Below are positions 37,387-49,440 of a stretch of 64,000 nt of DNA, piece after piece. The stretch is from Octopus sinensis (taxonomy: Eukaryota): positions 12,152,001 through 12,216,000 of the forward strand of contig NC_043007.1 of assembly GCF_006345805.1 (NCBI RefSeq). Direction: 5' to 3'. The position numbers and the translations under genes are program-made. The notes below the pieces were generated by a model. That model was given only the letters and a program-made list of their open reading frames with translations. It had not been told where the DNA came from and did no database searches. Positions within the stretch are counted from its first letter, which is position 1. Every line of letters starts with the position of its first letter.

Positions 37387-37929
37387 TGTAATTATAAATG
37401 GATCTGTGTAAAAGATGGAAACAGAGAGAGAGAGGGAAAGAAAGAAAGAGAGAAATGCAAAAGGAAGAATGCAAACACTATCATTTAAATACAAACACAA
37501 CAACTAGAAAAGGTGTAAAAAACCAGAGAAAAGTAATTTATATTTAAATCTTCTGAATCTTATAGACGTATAAAATATAGAAAGATTTTACAATGGAAAA
37601 GGCTAGGAATAAACATGATTAAGTCAAGTAAGATATTAAATGACCCAATGTTTCCTAGAAAACAAAAAAAAAATTTGATATTCTTACTACATGAAATATA
37701 AAAATCTGAAAGCTGAGGAATCTGGTAAGGATCTTTGTTGGCAATAATCATAATAAAATCCAAGATAGTTTGCAGACACTAATAAGTTTGGTGGCTGTAA
37801 GTGGTTAGTTTTAAAAAGCCGTGAGGAATTTAGCCATTTTGTTATCATTTTGTTGTTGATATGCAGTCACTGTTTCAATTAATATAGAAAATGATAAAGA
37901 ATTTATGAAAATAATTTTGTCATTTTAAA

Positions 37930-38532
37930 CCCTTTTGTTACTGTATTTCTGTTGAGATGCTCTGTGTTTCTTTCAATTAATTTTAAATATTACAAAGAAT
38001 TTAGTAAAATAACTTAGTTATCATTAATCTAGTGTTAGGAACATAAACTGTGACTAAGGTTTGGTGGAAGATTTTAATTCAGAACTTTTGAGAACAAAAC
38101 GTTTGTACTACAGAGCCAGAGGTGATTTCAGGTGGGTTGGTATCAAAAGGGTTAAGAATTGCTTCTTTGTTATATATTTTAACCCTTTTGTTACCATATT
38201 TCTGTTGAAATGCTCTGTGTTTCTTTCAATTTTAAATATAACAAAGAATTTAGTAAAATAACTTAGTTATCATTAAGCTGGTGTTAGGAACATAAATTGT
38301 GACTAAGGCTTGGTGGAGGATTTTAATTCAGAACTTTTCAGAACAAGATATTTGTACTACAGAGCCAGAGGTGATTTCAGCCGGGTTGGTACCAAAAGAG
38401 TTACGCTAGTCTGGAACATAAAATATGGAATCCTAATGGAAGGTTTTTAACCGTAATCATTTTAAAACAAGGAAACAAGGAGTTTGAATCACAGAGCCAG
38501 AGGTAGTTTCAGGTGGGCTGGTATCAAAAGGA
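37930..38532 (+). mobile_element. Cluster of TTAA-flanked MITEs (piggyBac-like ends), family F: 37930-38151, 38183-38400 and a partial copy to 38532
   Basis: Termini ccctttt(g)...(c)aaaaggg next to TTAA; about 220 bp; no ORF. Confidence 0.8.
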
Positions 38533-39062
38533 TTAAAAGCTTGCTACTTTGGACACAAGTCCTTCACAAGACCGGTCAAATACGAACTCACTTCTACCAG
38601 TTATTACTTGACCACTCTATTGAAGAACCTGTATCTGAAACAGCAGAGTTTTTTTTAGTTTCTTATGCAAATCAAACTGGCCAATCCCTACAAAGTGGCT
38701 TGGATTTAAAACAAAAATAAGTTTAGATAAATTGTTATAGAATTAGTTGGGGTAGAATATGTTACACAATTTCATGACCGTACAATAACAGCACTAATAT
38801 TTTTTAACTGGTTGCTAGAACAAAACCTTAGTTGTTTCTCAAACATCATCCCATTTTCGTACAAGCTTTAAACAAATATCAACCAATGCTGGAAGTGAAA
38901 CTAATGACAGCAAAATACTTTTAAGCTGTTTTGTTATATGTGGGATATTCAAATTGTGTTTTACATGATTTAAAAATGCTATTATAAAAGGGCGATGATG
39001 TGTGGGGTTTGCTGAAGGTAGAGCAGGTTCAGGGAGAATTAAAAGGTCCATATATTAGAATA

Positions 39063-39402
39063 GTGAAGGCTCGTGGCTCGGTGGTTAGAGCTTACGAACA
39101 TGAAGTTGTGAGTTTGAATCCCGGACCAGGCTGTGTGTTGTGTTCTTGAGCAAGACACTTTATTTCACATTGCCCCAGTTCACTCAGCTGTAGAAATGGG
39201 TTGCGATGCCACAGGTGCCAAGGTGTATCAGCCTTTGCCTTTCCCTTGGATAACATCAGTGGCATGGAGAAGGGACATTGATTTGCATGGGCAACTGCTG
39301 GTCTTCCACAAACAACCTTGCCTGGAATTGTGCCTAAGAGGGGAACTTTCTAGGTGCAATCCCATGGCCATTCATGACTGAAGGGGATCTTTACTCCTTT
39401 AC
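39063..39402 (+). mobile_element. SINE family E with TSD
   Basis: gtgaaggctcgtggctcggtggttagagc head, gttcttgagcaagacac core; TSD atattagaat at 39052-39061 and 39403-39412. Confidence 0.88.
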
Positions 39403-39559
39403 ATATTAGAATTTAAAAAACAAAAACACAGAGATTAATAATTTCAAAATAGGGATATGATATTGATATGTAATGATAATTGATTCAAGCATAGGCACAA
39501 GGGCCTGGAATTTTAATTGGGTGGGATTAGATGAGACCCTTGACGACCAATACTTGAAT

Positions 39560-39780
39560 GTATGTTAAGTCTTTCACTTCCTATGAAACATGGGCCATCA
39601 ACAACTTTTCTCCACTGTTTTTGACTCTGAACTGTCTTATCTGCCTCTCTCCAGTTGGACCCTGGCTTTTTTTCAGCCCTGCCTTTCAGATCTTTCTACA
39701 CTGCATCACATGTTACCCTGAGGGAAGGCCTTCCTGCACCAGGTCTTGTTGGGTTTGAAGGGTCATCAACGCTTGTATGA
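39560..39780 (-). mobile_element. Degraded LINE (RTE-like) fragment
   Basis: Stop-riddled minus-strand translation with a GRP-type C-terminal motif; weak. Confidence 0.3.
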
Positions 39781-39974
39781 CTTTACTTTTTCTTAAGCAA
39801 GTGTGTTCGCCCTATGCAAACTCATTTTTACACTTGGGAAGAGGTGGTCCATGTTAGTCTGGCCGCTATCCCTTGACCAGTCAAACATGGGAGGCCTTAT
39901 CAGAGGTCTGTATGCTGTTGGCATAGCTCTCAGGGTCAATGAAGCACACAACTCACAAAACCACAACAAGGATT

Positions 39975-40535
39975 GAACCTCGAAGTGATTAGTACTTGAA
40001 TGGAAGTACTTTATTTTATCAGCTCCAAAAGAATGAAAGACAAAGTTGACCTTGGTGGAATTTGAACTCAGAACACTAAGAGCTGGAACAAATACTGCAA
40101 GGCATCTAACGATTCTGCCAAACCAACACATTAGATGTGTAATAATAATCCTGTCTACTAAAGGCACAAGGCCTAGAATTTGTAGGGAGGGGGACTAATC
40201 GATTACATCAACCCCAGTATTTCCCTGGTACTTAATTTATCGACCCTGAAGGGATGAAAGGCAAAGTCGACCTCAGTGGAATTTGAACTCAGAATGTAGG
40301 GGCAGACGAAATACCTATTTCTTTACTACCCACAAGGGGCTAAACACAGAGAGGACAAACAAGGACAGACAGATGGATTAAGTTGATTACATCGACCCCA
40401 GTGCGTAACTGCTACTTAATTTATCAATCCCGAAAGGATGAAATGGCAAAGTCGACCTTGGCGGAATCTGAACTCAGAACATAACAGCAGACGAAATACC
40501 GGTAAGCGTTTCGTCTGGCATGCCGGCTCGCCGCC
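39975..40535 (-). mobile_element. SINE family B dimer (40140-40535) plus adjacent partial copy
   Basis: Same long-plus-short architecture as 6655-7043. Confidence 0.85.
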
Positions 40536-41805
40536 TTTGATATGTAATAATAATGAAAACTAATATGTCTGTGTGTAACGAGATGGGTTTTAAATCGTGG
40601 AAGTTTTAACTAAAGCAAAACAAAAAGTCCTAACAATATCTGGATTTCAGATTTGAAATTCATGAGCAAAAAAAGTAAAAAAAAAAAAGGAAAGAAAAAA
40701 AACAAAACATGTGAACATTACAAAGAGATTATTTTAATCCATGCTAAATTCATCTAAAATAACAACTAACAAGGATAAGGAATGCAACGATGATACATAT
40801 ATATATGATGTTTTATATTATTAAAAAATAATGCCGGCTATCAAGGTATTTAAAACTGATTATTTTTTAACGATTATCCTGTGTCATTTTAATTCACTGG
40901 TAATGTTGTACACACAGAAATATAATAAACAGTTTCTCAGCATAGAGATTATTAGAATACCAACTTTGTTTTTTGAAGTTTTGTGCTGTTTTTTTTTAAG
41001 TTTCCAAATTCTAATTGGAGAAAATTAATTTAAATAATATTTGAATTTACAAAAACAAAAAAAAAAAGGAAACTATATTTTTTTCTTGTCTCTCCAAGCT
41101 TTTTGCAATTTATTCCTTAATTAAGACCCAAACAATGATGTGTGTGTGTGTGTATAAATATATTGTATTTTGAGATGGTCATTTTTTTCTCGTTTTTTTT
41201 TTTGTCAAATAAACACACACACTATATGTTCGTTCTTCACTCGTTTATTACTGTTCTTATTCTGACTCGTGGCCATTGTCCGGAAATCTTTTATCACACA
41301 CCTGTGACCTCCTCAATGACACTTTCCGTCTTTGTGTGTGCTCTTGCTCTGTTTATTCCATTCTCAAAACCTATATCTCAGTCAACCTGATATGTATAAT
41401 AAATCTGACTATATCTTCACAACCCTAACATTAATGTCAGTATATACACACATATACACACAATAACTATTTATGCACATACATGTTTGTGTTTGCACAT
41501 ATCTCTGTATATATATAAAAATGTGTGTGTATGTATGTATACACACACATATATGTATATGTGTATATATACATATATATTATCCAAAATGTATAGTATT
41601 AAATATCCATCACAGCTGGTCTTACCTATCAGTTTCGCATAAAGAATACAATGGAGTGTTAGGTAACAAACCAATTATGTAACTTTACAGTCATCAGAGT
41701 TAGCTGATATGGAAGGGAATATGGCAACTGCTCTCTATTGTCGGAGGTGGATTAGCACAACCAGTCAGCAGTTGCTGTGAAAAAGGTGTTGGAACAAAAC
41801 AACTC

Positions 41806-41899
<94 letters not shown>

Positions 41900-42784
41900 T
41901 TACCTTCACTGCAAATAATAAAATGTTCCAGCTTGAAACAAGAAAAGCTAAAAATATATCTTTCAAAGTTAAGTTTCCAGAGAGCATTAGATGGGGGTCC
42001 AATGATTAGAAAGTTAATGTATGGCATTAGATTTTGTCTTAAGTTTATGCACCTTAAACAGTTTGAAAGAATGTTTCTAAGGAATGTACCATTGCCACCA
42101 CTAGTAGATCCCAGAAGAGTGAAGAATTAAAACCAAAAGATGTCTAACATGGTCAATTTTGATGAGTAATTATTACAATATACATATCAACACACTACAC
42201 TACTTTCCAATTTCTTTAAAAGAATTCATTTAAAATTTAATGAAAATAAAAAATTTTTTAAAAACTCAAAAACAGACAATACATTCCTGCTTTGTCTCCA
42301 TACAACAGCAAAGAACAATTCACTATATTTTTGCTTAGATCATCATAAAAATCTTACAAACTGAACACATATCAATAGATTTATTCCTGAAATTTCTGTG
42401 GTATTTAAGATGCATATTAAATGCTTGTAAGATTTACATGCAATATTATATCTACTTACTTGCTTTCAAACAGAATACTAACAACATTTCAAATCTTTGA
42501 ATCATGTTAAAAACTTATAAAATGCTTATTATGATAAATATCTCTGTTTGAATTTTAAGTCTAAAGACTAACTGCTTGTCATGTTTGGAATAAATTTAAT
42601 CATACTCATGCTTATGTATATACTAGCATGTTACCCGCCAAATAACAGGTAATTTTGGAAGTATAGGTTTTGTCACCATGGGTAATATGAGGAAATGACA
42701 TATATGCAATAATTATAATTTAGCTTTTATCTTGGTGCTTATAAAAAAAGAATGGACTGAATACTAAGTTTCAAAAGAAAAGTA

Positions 42785-43500
42785 TAGGAGTGGCTGTGTG
42801 GTAAGTAGCTTGCTTACCAACCACATGGTTCCGGGTTCATTCCCACTGCATGGCACCTTGGGCAAGTGTCTTCTACTATAACCTCAGGCTGACCAAAGCC
42901 TTGTGAGCGGATTTTGTAGCCGGAAACTGAAAAAAGCCTGTCGTATATATGTATATATATCAACTGATATATCATTTATATCAACTGATGTTATATAGAG
43001 ATGTTTGAGACAACTTGAGTCAACAGATTTTGGAAAACCAATTGAGAATTTTGTAATTCGTAACTTGTCATCAACTGTTTCTGTGGCCAAAAGTCCACTT
43101 TACTTTTGAGAAAGTAGCAAAAAACGGTAAATTTTACTCCAACGAGCAGCGATAGTGTTGTAAAACTGATATTTTAATAGTTAAAGTACCTGGGTGTATT
43201 CCTCCACATGGGATAAAGCACACTTCTTTGGAAGTAGGGAAGTAGAACACCCTTCTTCTTGAAAAACGTTTCTGAGCCAAAAACTGTTAGCATAAAAACA
43301 TGTGACACCATAGAAATGTATGTCACATGACATATCATATGTCTATGTCTGTGTATACAAAGGTGGGTGCAGGTATGGTCATGTGGTTAAGAAGTTTGCT
43401 TCACAATAATGAATCTCAGGTTCAATCCCAATGTGTGGAATCTTAGGTAAATGTCTTTTACTATAGCCTTAGGTTGGTTCAAAACCTTGTGAGTGAAACG
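42785..43500 (+). mobile_element. SINE family A 5' halves (42785-42955; degenerate 43370-43500)
   Basis: Head halves only. Confidence 0.7.
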
Positions 43501-43993
43501 GAGCCAACAGAAATTGTGCACACAAATCTAGCAGATGAAATGATCTTATAATTCAAATGCCCAGCCTTCTCAAACACAGTGTCACACTGAAACTGCTTGC
43601 AAATTAAATTAAGAGTACGGTTATCTGTGGAATACTCAACCATCTGTACATAAATAAGATGCATATGCTGTTGTGTGATCAAACACCTAAAATATTCATC
43701 AGGAAACCTGCTGGAAGAACCATTAACTTTATTTACTTTACACTAAATTTTAATATCAAATTATTTAAATGGCTGATGTATAGGAAAATAACTATCTATC
43801 ATTGTCTAATTAAAACACACACACACACACAAAAGATAAGCAGAGTTAGTGGTTGTAATAACTGTCCTTATAGTATCCGTCCTTACTATCGGTATCATTT
43901 ACCTGTGCTATCCCTGGGCATGGGTATGTAGGCACACGATGCTCACAGGGTACAGGTAACCACAGAATAAACAAAAGTTTATCAGGAATCAAG

Positions 43994-44168
43994 TTTAAAT
44001 AATCAGAAAATGGAGAAAACTTTTGATCAACAAACAAATTGAACCACATTGGTTGATTATTTTTTAATACAAAACATGACACAACATTTCTTTATTAAAA
44101 GATAATCTACAGATGTGGTCCAATTTGTTTGTTGATCAAAAGTTTTCTCCATTTTCTGATTATTTAAA
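43994..44168. repeat. 56-bp inverted repeat with 63-bp spacer
   Basis: 43994-44049 versus reverse complement of 44113-44168: 55/56 identical. Confidence 0.92.
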
Positions 44169-44252
44169 TATATATATGTATATATTTTACAAGATTATTT
44201 ACGTATATTTATTAATTTATCTAATTAATTATTTTATTATTGTTGTTATCTT

Positions 44253-44356
44253 TAACCTGAAGAGTGGCTGTATTTATATTGAAGTGATTTTACTACTACT
44301 ATTATTATTTTTACTATTATCATTTCTTAAATATAGCCACGAAACACGTGTCGTTA
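44253..44356 (+). ncRNA. Type I hammerhead-ribozyme motif (Penelope-type, palindromic stem III)
   Basis: TAAC-CTGAAGA-GTGGCTGTATTTA...TAAATATAGCCAC-GAAA-CACGTG-TC^GTTA; all core residues present. Confidence 0.65.
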
Positions 44357-46139
44357 TTCTACCAAATATATACGTCTTATTTATTATTTTGCACATTACT
44401 TAATCATTGTTATATGTTTTATCTTATATTTAATTTTTCTATAATATGTATTTTTTTAAATGGTATAATTTAATTTTTCATTATTGAATTGATAAAAGGT
44501 GTTTTTTTCTAATTTATATATATATATATAAATCCATACATGTATGGATATATATACATGTTTATATATAAATGTATGGATGTATGTATGTGTATATATA
44601 TATATATATATATATAATTAATTTTGTGTACTAATTAAATAATCAAATTGTGATATTAATCATTTGAAGCTACAGTATACACTTAAATTTAAATCATTTA
44701 AATTTGAATAAATATAACTGTAAAAAAAAATTATAACAATTAAGAATTGATGAAACATTAACTAGTTTATTGTACACAGCAGATGGACATGTCAGAGAAA
44801 ATACTTCCTGTAATATTTTTAATAAATATTATGATACAAATAATGAATCCGGTCGATGTAAATGCTGAAATTAACAAATGCTCTACATAATGACGAAACC
44901 TATTTTAAACAGAATTAAAGTGAGAACTGCATTGCAAAAGTTAAAGAATATGGATATGAAATATTCTTTATGGAACAATTGTGATTTAATTGGTAATTAG
45001 AAGTTAATTGGTAACTGATATTAATTAATTAACATCTGTAAATGTCAATTATTAAATCCAGTTTTTGTGTTTTCATTAGCATAATTCATTAGCATAGACC
45101 AAATTAAATACAAAGCAATAAGATTATGCCAACTAGATGTATAAATTGCTTAGGTTGGTACATTCAGTTTCATTTTTTTAATATTAAAAAAAATATATAT
45201 CAGATATATTTTTAAATAAATTGAAACAAAATGAATTGTATTTTTGAAACAAACAATATAAATTATGTTACTAACTTAAATGAAAATCTGTAATAATTAC
45301 AAAAAAAAAATTTAAAAAGTGCTGAGTTATAAAACAAGAATTATAAAGGACAGGAAGATTACTTTAATTTCAGATAGCAGGAAGGAAATATTTAACAGAA
45401 ATAAAGCATTATTGTTGACTAAAAATATCTATAGCTTGCTTGAATACCAAATAGCTACAAAAAAGAAACATTATATAATTTCAATGAGTAATCGATCAAC
45501 AAAGGCAAAAATTATAGCTAGCTACTCAGTTCTATAATTGCTGAAGGGACGTTTGTTTTTTTTTTTTTTTCATTTTTTTTACACCAATTATATTGCATGT
45601 GACACAGAGAAGAATGCAGTGTGAAGAAATAATCATGCATGTGCGTCACATTAAACAATGTTCTGTTTCTATAAAAATGATTTTTAGTGTTCTTCTCCAT
45701 GTAATTATGACTATAGAATTTGGTGATTCCATTTCTTACACCTTGACATTTTTTTTTTCATTTCAACCAATAAAAAAAATTTGTCACATTTCAATGAACT
45801 AAAAAAAAAAAAATTAGAAAATAAAAATGATAATATAAATAAAAATATAACACTGGTGCACCCTAGTAAAATGCTTCAATCACTTGGGTCACTGGGTCAC
45901 TTTGATACTGAGGTGCAATTTCATTATGCTCACACATATATATATAGAGAGAGAGAGAGTGCAGCTTCTCTTAGACACACAAACACACATACATAATAAC
46001 ACAAGTTTACAAAAGAATTTATGCAAGGCTAATATCTAATATTTTCCATTGTGACTGAGGGAGGATGAAACAAATTTTGAAGTTTGATAAGCTGCGAGCT
46101 CACATGTATGTTGGTGTGCATGTATGTATATGTGTATGC

Positions 46140-46301
46140 ATGATGGTCTATAAGTGTCTATATATATATATATATATACACACACACATACATGCATATA
46201 TATATATATACATACATACACATATACATACATATATATATAAATATATATATACATACATACATACATACATATATGTATATAAATATATATATACATA
46301 C

Positions 46302-46336
<35 letters not shown>

Positions 46337-46460
46337 TGTTAATATATTTATATATATATATATATATTATATATATATATGTAGATAGATATATAAATAT
46401 ATACATATACACACACATATATAAATATACATATATATATGTGTGTATGTATATGCATAC
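46140..46460. repeat. (TA)n/(TACA)n compound microsatellite
   Basis: Direct inspection. Confidence 0.9.
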
Positions 46461-47895
46461 ACTAACACGCACACACAGCTACAGCCTTTTCCTTATATAT
46501 TTTGCAGACCAAGATTCAACACAGTCATTGTGACATATATAATTTACTCATGTAAGGGGATATTAAACAGGCCAGGAAAAAAAAAAAAGAAGAAAAACAA
46601 AAACAATATTTGATCGCACTACATTTGTTAGTTTCACCCTTCTATCATCGAGAGCAATGAATTTATCAGATGTATTAGGCTTGCAACGTTCTTTTGCAGT
46701 CACTACATACATGTGTATGTGCATGTGAAAATCACAATAATTTTTACTCAATATGTGTGTATGTGTGCCACTGAGAACAATTTCATCACAATACAGTATA
46801 TGAACACTGAAAAAATAGTTTCATCCTGAGTTAGTACTAGAATACTCATTAGCAATTACAAACATAAACAACTAAATACTTTTTGTTTGTTTTTGGTTTT
46901 TTGGGGGAGTTTCTCTGCCTATAGAATTTGGAGCAATACATTGTTCTGTTCTATTAAGCATATAAAACTAAATTATTACCAACAGTCATAAACTTGGTTG
47001 TTTAGAAAAATCTATTAATAATGTTGAATTAATGTTTGAAAATGTAAGTTTGGGGTCTTTTGTGTTTTTTGGTTTTGAAGAGGCGAAATTGTTTTGTTTT
47101 ATAATTTCCTACAATCAGATTTTTAAACTTTATTAAGAAACGTTATTTGTGTCTTTGTTGTACAAATAAAACCTATAATCAATCGAAATAAAATTAAAAA
47201 TGAATCGCACAAAATTATTCTAGTAAATCTACAGAGAAAACAGAATAACGCACGCACAAATTAATTTTAAAATTAGATTAATTACTATATTTCACAATAA
47301 ACTCTAAAACAGATTTTAAAATAATTCTTGGTAAGCTGAACAAAAATTCATGTTTATCCTTTTAAAATACCATTAATCAAGTGACTATAAATAATCAGTT
47401 TAATTAATGTATAAAGTTAGTTGTGGATTGCTGTTTTCTGCTATAAGTTCATACCTGTATGTCAAATGTATTGTTACTGGTTGGGCTTCAAAATTGTACG
47501 TCTTTTGTCGCAGTCATGTCAAATTCCCTTTACTTTTCCTTCTCTATTTGTATGCATTTATTTCATGTTATATCATCGTTTGCTTTAATTAATGCTTTAA
47601 TTAATAGTTGTTTAATAGCATTCCGTACTTTTTTTGGTGGCGTGGGGGTTTCATGGGGGTTTTGTTTGTTTGTTTTTTTAGATTGGGAGATGTCATTTGC
47701 TATGTATTTAGAAACTGACTCAAATAATGTTTTGAACTAGAACTGTTAAATTATAGCATGAGTATATTAATATTAGATTCATGTTTTCTATTTATATATA
47801 TGGGTATGTATTGATGTGTGTGTGTGTATTTGAGTATGTGTGGGTGGGTGTGTATGTATGTATGTATACACACACATACTCACCATAAATACAAA

Positions 47896-47938
<43 letters not shown>

Positions 47939-47940
<2 letters not shown>

Positions 47941-48165
47941 TCATCATCATCATCATTGTTTAACGTCCGTTTTCCATGCTAGCATGGGTTGGACGGTTCG
48001 ACCAGGGTCTGGGAAGCCAGGAGGCTGCACCAGGCCCCAGTCTGATCTGGCAGTGTTTCTACAGCTGGGTGTGCTTCCTAATGCTAACCACTCCATGAGT
48101 GTAGTGGGTGCTTTTTACGTGCCACTGGCACAGGTACCAGGGGAGGCTGGCAGCGGCCACTATCG
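47939..48165 (-). mobile_element. Repeat family C
   Basis: Near-identical to 34364-34590. Confidence 0.85.
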
Positions 48166-48226
48166 GTTAGTGCTAATATATATACATGGATTTGCATTTT
48201 CAAACCTTTCATATATATACGTATAT

Positions 48227-48262
<36 letters not shown>

Positions 48263-48875
48263 TTTATTCTTATATAAGAATGTTGTTGACAGAGACTTTG
48301 AAGTTTCAGCCAGCAAATCTTCAAAGTCACATGTGTGTGTGTGTGTGTGTGTGTTTTTATGTGTGTATACACATACACACATACACATACATATCTATCT
48401 TCACACCTAAACACAATCACATGCACATATGCCCAAATATCCAGAAATTACTTCATAGCCTTCCCAGAAGAATCTGCCCAGTTTTATTATAGACGCATTT
48501 TCCCCATTTCTCTAAGACTGAAGATTTTTTTTGCTTGCATAAAACACCTTCGCTTCATTCCTTTCATATGCTCCAATCATTTTGTATTCAATTCCTAATG
48601 ACTGACAGCTAATTATATTAAGGCTTTATGGGAATCTACCCCTTCTGACATTGGCTAAGAACTGACTAGTTGTAGAAACATGTAGATATTTAGGAAGGCT
48701 ACACGTTGATAAACACACATTTTATTTCTTTTACACAGATAGATCTAAGATTTACTTTTACTTTTTACTTCACTTCACTTCATTTTTTTTTTTTCAATTT
48801 TTATGTCCATTCTTCTATGCTAGCATGGGTTAGAGGAGTATATTATTGAGGCATTGTTTCACAGCTAAATGTTTT

Positions 48876-48913
<38 letters not shown>

Positions 48914-49029
48914 CATGTGGTGTGTGAGTGCATGCATGTGTGTGTATATGTGTGTGTGTTTGTGGGTGTGCATGTGCCAGTGGGTAGGTTCGTGTGCATG
49001 TGTGCACATGTGTATGCATATGGCGTATG

Positions 49030-49440
49030 TACTCTTTACTCTTACTCTTTTACTTGTTTCAGTCATTTCACTGCGGCCATGCTGGAGCACCGCCTTTAGT
49101 CGAGCAAATCAACCCCAGGACTTATTCTTTGTAAGCCTAGTACTTATTCTATCGGACTCTTTTTGCCGAACCACTAAGTTACGGTGACATAAACACATCC
49201 GCATCGGTTGTCAAGCGATGTTGGAGGGACAAACACAGACACACAAGCATACATACACACACATATATATACACATATACGATGGGCTTCTTTCAGTTTC
49301 CGTCTACAAAATTCACTCACAAGGCTTTGGTTGGCCCAAGGCTATAGTAGAAGACACTTGCCCAATGTACCATGCAGTGTGACTGAACCCAAAACCATGT
49401 GGTTGGTAAGCAAGCTACTTACCACACAGCCACTCCTATA
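49030..49440 (-). mobile_element. SINE family A, full length
   Basis: Reverse complement of the family A pattern. Confidence 0.9.
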
